A DNA stretch of 64,000 nt from Lama guanicoe (taxonomy: Eukaryota): the NCBI GenBank assembly GCA_013239625.1, contig MU054212.1, positions 2,604,001 to 2,668,000 on the forward strand, given 5' to 3'. The translations under genes were made by a program, and so were the position numbers. Numbering within the stretch: the stretch's first letter is position 1; each line of letters starts with the position of its first letter. A model generated the notes under the pieces. The model saw only the letters and a program-made list of their open reading frames with translations. It made no database searches and was not told where the DNA came from. Positions 27,401 through 38,683 of the stretch are shown in pieces.

Positions 27401-30400
27401 GAGGTTCTGAACAATAACTTTGAGAAATGCTGCAAAGAGAACTATCAAAGCCAAAAACTGATTCTGTAAAAAGACTAAAACAAGAAAAATATCATCAATG
27501 AACACTTGGCAGCAGTGATCAAAAATTATTTTCAAAGAGAAGGCACAAATAAACTACGTTGAGAGTTAAAAAAGAAAATACCACTACAGAGCCTACAGAC
27601 ATTAGAAAAAAGAGATTATTTCACGAACTTTATGTCAACAAATTTGAAAATTTAGATACAACGCTTAAAAGCAGTTTACCAAAATAGGCAACTCATAAAA
27701 TACAGAAATGTATAAACTCTCCTATAACTATAAAGAAATTAAGTAAGTAAATAAAAGCCTTCTCACAAAGAAAACTCCAGATCCAAATGTCTTTTCTAAA
27801 GAATTAGACCAATCATTTAAGAAATAGCTATACTATGCAAATTCTTCCAGGTAAGAAAAAGTGGGAAAATTCTGCAGCTCATTTTTTGAAGCCAGCATAA
27901 CCTTAAAATAAAAAGCAAAGGCATTATAAGGAAGATTAAAAGTCAATTACTCTCATAAACAAAAACACAAAAATTTGATCAAAATTTTAAACTGCATACA
28001 GCAATTTTTTTTTAAAAAAACCTGACCAAGAGGGTCATGAATAAGTAGGTTAATTACAAGAATCCAAGACTGAGCATGAGGAAGTAAATCAATGTAATTC
28101 ACCACGTTAACAGATTTAAAAAAAAAAACTATGATCATCTCATTAGATGTAATAAAAGTACTTAATAAAAATTTAACATCCACTCAATATATAAACTCTT
28201 AGCACAATAGAAACAGAAGGGAACTTCCTTAATCTGATAAAAAGTTATCTACAAAAACTACAGCAAACATCATACGTAATGGTCAAACAGTGCAAGCTTT
28301 CCCTTTGTGATCAGGAACAAGATAAGATGTCCTCTATCACCACTTCTATTCAGGAATGTACTAGAGGTAGGTCCTAGCCAGAGAAGTAAGGCAAGAGAAA
28401 GAAATAAAATGCGTAAGGACTGACAAGAAAGAACAAAACTCATTATTCACAAGTGATACGTTCGAGACTGTAGAAAACCGAAAGTATCTACAGAAAAACT
28501 GTTAGAAACAGGAGTTGAACAAGACCAAGATTCAAAATCAACTGTGTTTCTATGTAAACAGCAATCACAATTACAAAATAAAACTTAGAAAACACAGACC
28601 CCATTTAAAATTGCCTCAAAATATATGAGGTACCTAGCAACAAGTCCAATGAGAGATGCACTAATCCTCTGCAGGAAAATCATAAAATTTCACTGAAAGG
28701 TATCAAAGGACTAAATAATGAAAATATATGCAATGATCGTGATTTGAAAGACTCAATATTGCAGAGATATCAATTCTTCCCATAGTGATTTAGAGTCAAA
28801 GTAATGTCAATGAAAATTACAAAAGGATTATGTTGGACATACTGATGTTCAGTGTATATGGAAACGCAAATGACCAGTAGCCAAGATAGTCTTGAAAAAA
28901 AGTAAGGAAATAAGTAAAGAACTTCTCTAACATATATCAAGACTTCTTAGACTCTGACAAGTATGACAAGAGAGTGGAATTTATAAAAAACTAGCCAACA
29001 GCACAGAATGGAGAGATCAGACACAGACCCACACATATAGGGAAACATGATATATGATACAGATGGCATGACAAAATAGGAAAAAGATATTTTGTTCTGT
29101 TTTTCCAGTAGATAATGCTGGGAGCTGGTAATTAAGCACATGGCAAAGATCACATGAACATTCTTTCAGATTCAAAACAAAACTTACTAATTATATATCC
29201 CTAGTGAGATATATCTAAGGACAAGTATATTACTGTTAGTTGCAATCTTGGTGGTGTTAGACTGAAATTATGTTACATAGACAGTAGTATAAAGCAAATA
29301 AACAGCTATAATAATATTAAGGTACCAAGATTTTTAGAATAAGACAGAAGAGAACCTAACACATAAAATCAAACCTAAGTAAAAAAACCCTTTCCTAAAG
29401 TGGAAATATCACTAATACAATATTTTCTTTCTTTTTTAAAAAGTGTGTTTACTATCTCTGCCCACTGAAAATGCCTAGAAACAATGGAAACTCATTAATA
29501 ACGAATGCCCAAAACATCCAAATTGTGGTCTCTAACATCAGTTCCCATTGGAAAAAAAAAAGGCAGGTTGAAAAAAATAGTTGGGACAGAATAGTTCTGG
29601 GGCAGAAAATATAACCAGCCTGATTATCTCTCACAAATCTTGGAGCAGAGACGCTATACCAGAACACTGGAATCATGTCCAAACAACACAGGAGCCAAAT
29701 GAAGAGGTTCCCACTGACCAAAGATGAGACAATTTGAGTATCATAAAGAATGACTGCAATGGATTTAAACACGTTAAAAATATAAAAATGTGTAACTTGA
29801 GATAATAATTTAAAAAAGCCAAAATCCTTGGTCATCCTTCTCAGATTGCTAGAGACCAACTTGTTATTCTGAAAATTGGTAAAGGAATAGAACCAAGTCT
29901 TTATCATGACTTTGCTATAGGGACCCTCTATTTTAGGATAACCGAATATCTGATGCAAGGAAATTTTTCTCTTTAAAAGAAGTACAGCTAATCCATGCAG
30001 GAGGAACTGTAAAATTGGAAACTTATCATTCTGAGATCCCAAAAATCAAACAACGGATCTGGTCAACAGGCACCAATGACTGCTCAAGCCATTAACTGAA
30101 AGGTATATGGGCAACTTTATAATGGACTGATCAGACTAGTATCGACTGGGCACACTGATTAATCTTAACATCACTAAAAATAGAACAAAATATGTCCCTC
30201 CTGCTGAGATACAACAGGCAACACACAGCACCACCAGTAAAATACTGAACATAAAACTAAACCTAATTATAATCAAGCCTCTCTATCTATAAATTAGCAG
30301 TTTATAGGAAATAACAGATGAGATGGAGGAACATATTAAAGGACCATGAGGACCACTGTTATCATCACCCAAATCCAGAATGTAAGAAATTCTACAAAAT

Positions 30401-30730
30401 ATGTGACCCAGTTTCTTCAACAAATAAATGGACAATAAAAAAGATAAACTGATAGAGATTAAAAAAGACTTAAGATATATATCAAACAATGCAACAGGTG
30501 GACTTGTTTGGATTCTGTGGCAAACAATCAGTAAAACATTCAAGTTTTTTTTATTTTTAGATAACTGGAGAAAATTGAAAACATCCTGTGTATTATAAGA
30601 TATTAAGAGATTTTGGGGAAAAAAAGAGATTTTGGCTAATTTTGTTGCATGGGATAATGGTCCTTATCTGCTAGAAATATATATTAAATTATGTATATAG
30701 TGTTTAGGGATTTGCTTTAAAATATTACAA
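24480..30730 (+). mobile_element. Long degenerate L1 region (ORF1 remnant, ORF2 endonuclease/RT remnants, L1MC-like 3' UTR), interrupted by Charlie1
   Basis: Collinear L1 motifs, e.g. gggaaatttatgcccttaaatgcacatatt, gggaacttccttaatctgataaa, gaaagactcaatattg. No intact ORF. Confidence 0.8.
26083..27432. mobile_element. Charlie1-type hAT DNA transposon (non-autonomous) nested in L1
   Basis: TIR-like ends caatggttcaaagt / actttgagaaatgctg. Near-matching TSD caaaagag / caaagag. L1 ORF2 resumes directly afterwards. Confidence 0.8.
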
Positions 30731-31015
30731 ATTTATTCCTAAGTTATTTGTGCAATTCCAAAATTAAATAAATAAATACATGGGTGGGTGGGTAGATAGA
30801 TGGATGGATGTAACTTTCTGGGGGAGGGAATCAATGCTAGGTGAATTAATTCAAATCAAATATGAAGGCAAAACAATAAAGCTTTTAGATCATATAGGAG
30901 GGCAGAAAAGGGCAGGATTTACTAAGCAAAACTCAGAATCATTAAACAAAAATGTGTTATTCTGTATAGAACTCTATAAAAATTATCTACTTCACACTGT
31001 TTTAAAGGTACTTAC

Positions 31016-31100
31016 TGCTGGTAAAAGAGACTGCATATTTTGATTAGAATCTGCTATTGTAGCAAGGTAGACCAAATTTGTATGCAACATCTGCTGATAC
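31016..31100 (-). CDS. SS18: SS18 coding exon 3 (YQQMLHTNLVYLATIADSNQNMQSLLPA), 85 nt, SNH domain
   Basis: Manual translation. Acceptor ttttaatag|G, donor GCA|GTAAGT, phase 2 joins exon 2. Confidence 0.98.
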
Positions 31101-31344
31101 CTATTAAAAGAAAACAAATATCAGTATTAAAAAGTAATTTCCTTCCTGTTCACACACAAACAGTATTCTACTTCTCAAGTATAATAAAAGATTTCTGTTA
31201 CCTGAACATCAAAAGCAGTTCAATTTTTTCCTAGTCCCTGTGCAAAATAATTCCAAATAATAAGCACAAAGATAATAATAAACACAAAGATCTTACCACA
31301 TGCTAGATATTGCTACAGTTGTTTTATTTAATGTTTTAAATGTT

Positions 31345-31444
31345 TTTTCCTTTTTATTTTTTATGGGGTTTATTTATGTTAATGGAGGTACTGAGGACTG
31401 AACCCAGGGCCTTGTGCATGCTAAGCACACACTCTACCACTGAG
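31345..31444 (-). mobile_element. tRNA-derived SINE (Vic-1-like), 5' end altered
   Basis: ggaggtactgaggactgaacccagggccttgtgcatgctaagcacacactctaccactgag matches the other copies. Confidence 0.82.
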
Positions 31445-33189
31445 GTAGAGTGAGGTAAAGGTTCTTAATTTCTCCATTTCACAGATGAAGAAACTAAGGT
31501 TTAGACTTGTACAAGATTATGCAGCTCAGCTTACATGGAATAACTGAGAAAGGTACCGGCTCTGTACAGACTACACATGCGTCTCTCAAATAGATCTAGA
31601 CTGAAGAAATTCAGCAGAACCGATATGCTCATTCCCTCCTCTCTGCCATTTTCGTGTTGCCCACATCCTCAAAGCCAAGCACAGTTAACATGCTCTGCTA
31701 AAATGTCAGAGAAGGGGAGGAAACCATTCGTTTCTTTCCTTCTCACTCCTGCAGCGGTGACCAGCAACTCATGCCTGCTGTGGTCACGCTGCCCACCTAT
31801 CAGCATACAGAGGACAATGAATGGTGTCTCTAATTACAAAAAAAGGAAAAAAAATTATATGCTAAAGCATAGAGATGGAGGAAATAACAGGACACCAACA
31901 CCATTACGAATTAAGTTTAAGAAATAAAGCAAATTCTCATTATTAGAGTTAAGTGAGTAAACATGTTATACTTATGAATTAGTTTTGCCTAGCCTCTCTT
32001 CATAATTTTAAAAATTAACTCAGATAAAACCAGATTAAAATTAGTAGTGATCCAATCACTAGTGTATGTTAAACCCATAAAATACAAACTTAAAACCTGT
32101 ATCAAATTGTCAGGCTTTTAGAATCTCATTTACTAATAAATACTACATCTAAATTAAAATAATAAAAATAAGTCAAGAGAATTTTATTCAGCTAAAATAA
32201 AGCCTTCTAATACAGATGCCAAATGAAATAATATTCCAAAGCAGACACCATAAAAGGAATCCTTTGCTTTTCTTTGCTGCATTACGTTTCTCCTGTAGAA
32301 AAACTGGTTTCATTACTTTTTTCTTATTAGAGGGGAAAAAACCTATTACTCCCTGAACTTAAAGTTCCTTCATTAACACGATTATGCTTTTTTAGTTTGC
32401 CTGTCTGCTTTATTTATTGCGGTATAACTGATATATGAAGAACTTCACATAGTTAATGTGCACAGTTTGATGATTTTGGACATATGTGAAAACATCACCA
32501 CAACCAAGGTAGCAGACATATCCAACACTTCCCAAAGATTCTTTCTTTCCCCTTGTTTTTGTTTTTGCTGTTGTTTAAAAACAAGTCTACGTCCTTAACG
32601 CTCCTCACATACACACTATGTTACTCAATCAGACATGATATATTGTTATAATGATCCTTATATAAACAATGACCAAGAATGATCATTTTGTACTAAATTA
32701 TTCATTAAAGGTAATTATGTCATTGAAATTCTTCAAACAGCACTAATAGGCACCACTAGCTGTGAACTATTTCATTATCCCGTAGACATCTGAAATGATA
32801 CACAAACTTTGCCATTTTTTAAAACATCAACCAATCATTTTTAATTAGAACATATAACCCATTTCAAAGTCTACTCCATCAAATTTGCCTTTCCTTTTCT
32901 GAGTATTAGCATGGCTCTATTATACGTTCTCAGGTATTTGCTGAGAGTTGCTGAGTGCCCTATCAAAAATAAAAATACCAACCATACTAAGAGACTGGCT
33001 TACTCATAACCCTGCAAGAAAAATGCTTATTAGTACTTTAATAAGCTAGTGTTAAAATACTGTTAAATTTAATCTGCCACACTCTGAAGGCCTCATTTAT
33101 AAAATAATGGGAGTTAGAAGACTTCTCTGAAGTCCATGGTGGTTCTAAATATCTATAAATACAGCAACTTTTATAAAATACTTCATTTT

Positions 33190-33570
33190 TAAGATATTTC
33201 CTCAGCTATCAAATCTTTTTCATTTTTAATCCTGAAATAATTTCACATTTACAGTTTCCAGAATAGTGTAACAACTCCCAAGTATATTTCTCCCATAGCA
33301 TCTTTCTCATCAGCATTTTATGTCTTATTCTATCTCTAAATACACACACCAACATACACATGCATGCACACACACTTTCTTCCAAAACCATGAGTCAGAC
33401 ATAATACCCTTTTACTCCTAGTACTTCAGTGTCAATTTCTCAAAAACAAGGACATTCCCCTAAATAACCACAATACAACCATTATACTGAGGGAATTAAA
33501 ACTGATACAACATTACCATCGAATCCATAGAATTCATTCAAATTTCTACAGTTTTCCCAATAGCTCTAAA
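33190..33570 (-). mobile_element. L1MC-like 3' UTR fragment
   Basis: tacttcagtgtcaatttctcaaaaacaaggacattcccctaaataaccacaatacaa. Confidence 0.65.
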
Positions 33571-35479
33571 GCTTTTTACCTAATGTAAGGAAGTGGGTAA
33601 AAATGATCATTTTTAATAAATCTTCTCTAACTTGAATAGGTCTTCTTTTTGTAAAATTGCATTCTTTTTACAGCATTTATCAAATAAGCTTATTCTAAGA
33701 TTCTTCTACAAATATTAAAGAAACATTTTCTTGATAAACTTTTTATTTTTTATTATATAAAAACTACTACATTTGTCACTGAAGCAGTTACTTTTTAATG
33801 CACATGCTTATTACTTCTAAAATGTATACATTAATAAAACAGTATATAAATTAAGGAGCAGATATAAAACATATTCAACGTTTTATGCTTGATGATGGTA
33901 ACTTCCTAATAAATACTGGCAGACATTTCCAAATACCCTTAATTATTAACCTATTCAATGAGAGGCAATTTCACTTCCCAAAGATTCCACTATGAGCCAC
34001 GAGATAGATTACCCTGGTTAGAGTAGAATAATCACTATTAAATTTATTGATACAATTACAAAATGAATTTTAGAAAGTTAGGTTTCATTTTGAAAAAGAA
34101 CCCTTTACCTACAAGCTATGAAGTGTGTATTTACGAGTCAACAGAAATACAATTTATAGAATAAAAGTTACACTTCTAACTAGAGATTTAAAACTAAATT
34201 CCTTTACAATATTATGATGAATACAAATTCTTTGCTTGAGAATTGTTTATGGCACACTCTGAAATATCTGCACTCACCCTGAAATACAAAAAAATAAGGG
34301 CTGATTTAAGCGAATACATAGGTGGATTTAGAAAACGCTCAAACCATACACCACAAGAGACTTAAAGGGAAGAGGATCTGGGCACAGGAGTGCCGCAGGT
34401 GACTCTGCCTTACCTGACTACGCGAGTGTACAGGGTACGCAGATAAGGACAGAGCAATGCACACAAAGATGGTACCAGCGAAAAATCTTTGGGTGGCGAG
34501 AATATGGTGTTCATTCTCTAATTTTTGGATATCTGTTTTCTAATTTTCTACAACACGTATCTGCTTTCATAAAAATCAGGTTATTTTCAATTTTAAAAAA
34601 CACTGCTTCAGGCAGTTCTCACATCTTAAGAAATCATTTAAGTAAAACTGAACTATCAATTCCCAGATGGCTGTCATTTATTGATGTTTCTCTTTATTTT
34701 CCTTTCACTTCTCCTACGAGAAACAAGAACATTTATTAAGGTTGAGAGGAGACATTTTTTTTCTCTTCACTCACAAACCAATTCTGATAAGAACATCTGG
34801 GAAGAACTCTAAGAATGAAATTAAATGTAACAGAATGGGCAGAATTTAAGATTGTACTTAAATCGATGTAAGCTCTTATTATACCTAATACACATTCGTG
34901 AGAGAATGTGGTCTATTCCAATATGCAGAGAATGAGGGAAACGATCATACACACAAAAAGGCTGAGACTATAAAGAATAAGACAGTATAAACGTTTGCTG
35001 ACAAGTTGGGCAAGTGGGTTCTAGATCTGGGTATGTCTCATCCACGTCACATACTGTGAGGCCCTGTAGGAAACTGAACTCTCCTATGCCTCGTGGCTCT
35101 ACCTGGCATTTTAAAAAGCCACAGGTGTGGTGATCATTTTGTAGCATATAGAAATATCAAACCACTATGTTGTGCACCAGGAACTAAAGCAAGCAAGCAG
35201 ACAAATTCACAGAAAAACAGATCAGATTTGTGGTTACCAGAGGTGGGAGGTGGGGAGGAGGGAGATGGATGAAGGTATTAAAAAGAAAAATAATGTTTTT
35301 GAAAAACCATAGGTGAAAATAATTATTCTAGTCAGTGTCTCTAAACTTGCCATTCCATGGCTGATCTGAGGCAGTGATCTCATTACACTGATGATTACCC
35401 ACAGTCGTGTTAAAGAAGTATGTCAACTAGTTACTTTTTTGAAAGAATGTTTTCAAATATAAGCAGACAAAATTCATCA

Positions 35480-37030
35480 AAGGAACAATATGCATTTTAA
35501 AAAATGTCAATGGTCATATAAAAAGCAAAATGTACAAGTGATCAGAAAATAAAATACCCTCGCATTCAGGTCTTAATTTCTAAATATCATTTTTCAGAAA
35601 AAGAACTAGGGCTTGGAGAAATGGAATACTGCAGACTGGGGCAGAAAAAAGTACAAGATGAGCCTGGAATATTCCAGACTTGGGCAGAAAAAAGTATTTT
35701 GTTGTGCAGAAAGATAAGAGCAGGAGTTGGGAAATTTATTCCTTACAGTAGGATTCCAAAAAGCGGCAGAAGGAAAAAAAGATAGATTCAGTCAGTTTGG
35801 CAACCACCACAAGAGTAACTGTTTTAGTCAACAATCACTGGTGGATGCTAAAATGAATATATGGAGATAGGATAAGAAACAGCATTATGTGTGACCCAAG
35901 GTATCTCCCCAACACACACATAGGAATTATAAAGGGAAAAGCAGTAACTGTACAGTCGGGAACCAGGTAGGCACCACCTTAACAAAGTGGCCAAAGTTAT
36001 GAATATTGGGACAAACTGCTATCACACGGCTACTGAAGATACACTGAGGTCACAGCATCTTGCCTGTGGTACTCCTGCTGAAAATGCAAAACATGAATCC
36101 ACTCAAGGAGAAACACCAATCAAACCCAAAGTGAGGGACATGTCACACAATAACTGGTCTGTACTCCTCAACAATGGCAACATCATGAAAGATAACAGAA
36201 AAACTGAAGAACAGTCGCAGATTAAAGTATGCTGAAGAGACAGAACTAAATGCAACATCTTCTTCTACACTGGATCATGGAGTTGAAAAAACACACTAAT
36301 GGGACAATTGGCAAAATTTTTAAAAGGTCTGAAGGTTAGATAACAGTACTGAATTCTTGATTTTAACAGTTATACTCTGATTATTTAAGAAGTGTGCTTG
36401 TTTTTATTAAACTGAGGTTATAAAGGTAAGAGAGAATCATGTCTGCAATTTTTTCTCAAATATTTCAGTAAAATACAAGAAAGAAAAAATGATAAAGCAA
36501 GTGGATGAATACATTAACATTTGAGGAATTTCAGTGACGGTAGATAGGAATCTCTTGTACTACCTTTGACACTTTTTTATAAAACTGAAATTATTTCAAA
36601 CTTTTAAAAGTTTTAAAAAGAGATACCAAGTTTCACCAACCAGATGTGTAAAAGCTTTTTAAAAGATGGCTAGGATCCACTGCTGGCACAGGTAGTTGAA
36701 AACCAAGACTTTAAAACCCGTTGGAGGAAAGCAAACCAATATAATCTCTTTGCAGGGTAATCTGGTAATTTAGCATAGTCTTTAGTCCAGCCATTCCATT
36801 CATAAAACTCTAACCTATTAAAAACAAGTATTCGTCTAAATGTGTTTATACAGATATGAGCACTTATGTGCAAATGTACAGAAAAATGTTTAGAAAGATA
36901 GGTACTACACCACTGTAAGCAGTTACCTCTGTGGAGAGGACAGAGAGATGAGAACGAGAAGTAAAACATGACTTACTTTTATCTCTACAAACTTCTATGC
37001 TTTATGATTTTCTCAATTCAAAAATAATTT
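35480..37030 (+). mobile_element. Old L1 (L1MC/ME-like) 3' fragments
   Basis: caaacccaaagtgagggacatgtcacacaataactggtctgtactcctca and the terminal aaaactgaaattatttcaaa. Confidence 0.7.
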
Positions 37031-37237
37031 TAAACAAAGGGGAAAAAGACAAAGTAAGTCAAAGGGACTCAAAATTAGGTAAAGGGTTAATCAAGTGATA
37101 GCAAGAGAGCAGCACAGCACAGAAACCAGGCAGAGAAAGAGCCAGGGTTGCTGAAAACATCTGCCTGAGAGCAGACCAATACGATCTCTCCACAGGACAG
37201 GAGTGTCCCAAAGCACCGGTGAGGGTGAAACATTCTA

Positions 37238-37525
37238 GAGCGAGTTGTCTAATACTTGAGCGACTAGACACATTGAAATTGTGGCTAATACAAAACGAAA
37301 TGTTAGTAGAGTAAGGTACATAATGGATTTCAAAGACTTAGTATGAAACAAAAGTAGGTAAATTAACTCATTGGTATTTTTATACTGATTACATACTGAA
37401 GTTATAGTATTTTAGAAATACTGAGCTAAATGTATTATTAAAATTAATTTCACTTGTCTGATTTTACTTGTTTAATTTGTCTACTAGCAAATGTGGCTCA
37501 CAATGTATTTCTACTGACAGTGCTG
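37238..37525. mobile_element. MER33-like hAT MITE
   Basis: ggatttcaaagacttagtatgaaa...tattattaaaattaatttcacttgt...atgtggctcac...tgacagtgctg. Confidence 0.7.
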
Positions 37526-37694
37526 TTCTACAGACTTCTGATAAAATACTCAACTTTTTTCACTGTATCAGATTTTGTTGATGGATAATGTTTACTTCAG
37601 ACACATCATCACTTCAAAATAAGAAGTTCGGTTCTTATGAGTAATAATCAATTTTCTGTTTATTAGATATAAGCCTTGCTTTCTCAACCACATA

Positions 37695-37914
37695 CAGCTG
37701 ACCCTCGAACAAGGCAGGGTTAGGAGGCACTGCGCCCCCCAACAGTTGAAAGTCTGAATATAACTCTACAGTCTGCCCTGTGTATCCATGGTTCTGCATC
37801 CACATATTCAACCAACTGCAGATCATGCAGCACTGCAGTATGTATTCACTGAAAAAAAATCAGCATGTAAGTGGACCTGTGTAGTTCAAACATACGTTGT
37901 TCAAGAGTCAACTG
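37695..37914. mobile_element. Tigger-derived MITE (MER8-like)
   Basis: TIRs cagctgaccctcgaacaa / ttgttcaagagtcaactg, flanked by TA on both sides. Confidence 0.85.
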
Positions 37915-38084
37915 TATATGGATGTAATTAAACATGTGAGGATCTAACCTTTCCTCAAATGAGACTATACAAATCTCAAGTTTTTATACTGTATTTTATA
38001 ATGTAAGGTTAGTTTAAGAAAAAAACTGATACCCACTGCATCCCAAACAAGTTTTTCTTTTATAAAAGTCAAGAAAAGTCACAC

Positions 38085-38545
38085 AAAAAAACTGCACACA
38101 AATGTTCACAGCAATATTCATCACAGCCAAGAATCACAAACAACCCAAATGTCCATCACTAACGGTAAGTAAAATGTGGTATAGCCACGGAAGATTATTC
38201 AGCAATAAAGAGGAGGGGGGTACTGATACCAGTTCAAAAACATTATGCTAAGAGAAAGCAAGCAGTTAAAAAAGACCATCTATTATGTGAATCCATTTAT
38301 ATGACATGTCCACAATAAGCAAATCTACAGACAGAAAGCTAATTAGTGGTTACCAGGGGGTGTGGGACTGGGAGGTGAGAATGAGAAGTAACTGCTAATG
38401 AGTATGAGGTTTCTTTGGAGATGATAAAAATGCTCTAAAATTGATTAAAGTAATGGTAGTACAACTCTATAAATATACCAAAAACAAAATAAAGCAAAAA
38501 AAAAACAAAACACCAATGAATTGTACACTTTAAAATAAGTGAATA
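38085..38545 (+). mobile_element. L1MB-like 3' fragment
   Basis: aacaacccaaatgtccatca...gtggttaccagggg...gaattgtacactttaaa. Confidence 0.8.
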
Positions 38546-38606
38546 AAGAAAAGTAAAAGATTAACACAGAAAAAGAAATACAAGAAAAATTCCATATCAA
38601 TCTTAC

Positions 38607-38683
38607 TGAGAACACTCCGAGGTCTTTCCTTTATTCTGATAGTCCATTATACACTGAATAAGATGGTTGTTTTCATCCAACAT
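38607..38683 (-). CDS. SS18: SS18 coding exon 2 (MLDENNHLIQCIMDYQNKGKTSECS-Q), 77 nt, SNH/SSXT domain
   Basis: Manual translation of the reverse complement. Acceptor ttttatttcag|ATG, donor CA|GTAAGA, in frame with exon 1. Confidence 0.98.

Noticed and set aside
29452..30042. 196-aa minus-strand ORF, the longest outside the CpG island
   Set aside because: It lies antisense within L1MC-like 3' UTR sequence, has an F/L/I-biased composition, and resembles no protein I recognise.
32230..32310. Further acceptor-like site (tttttctacag|GAGAAAC) in SS18 intron 2
   Set aside because: No convincing paired donor. Such motifs are frequent by chance in T-rich introns.
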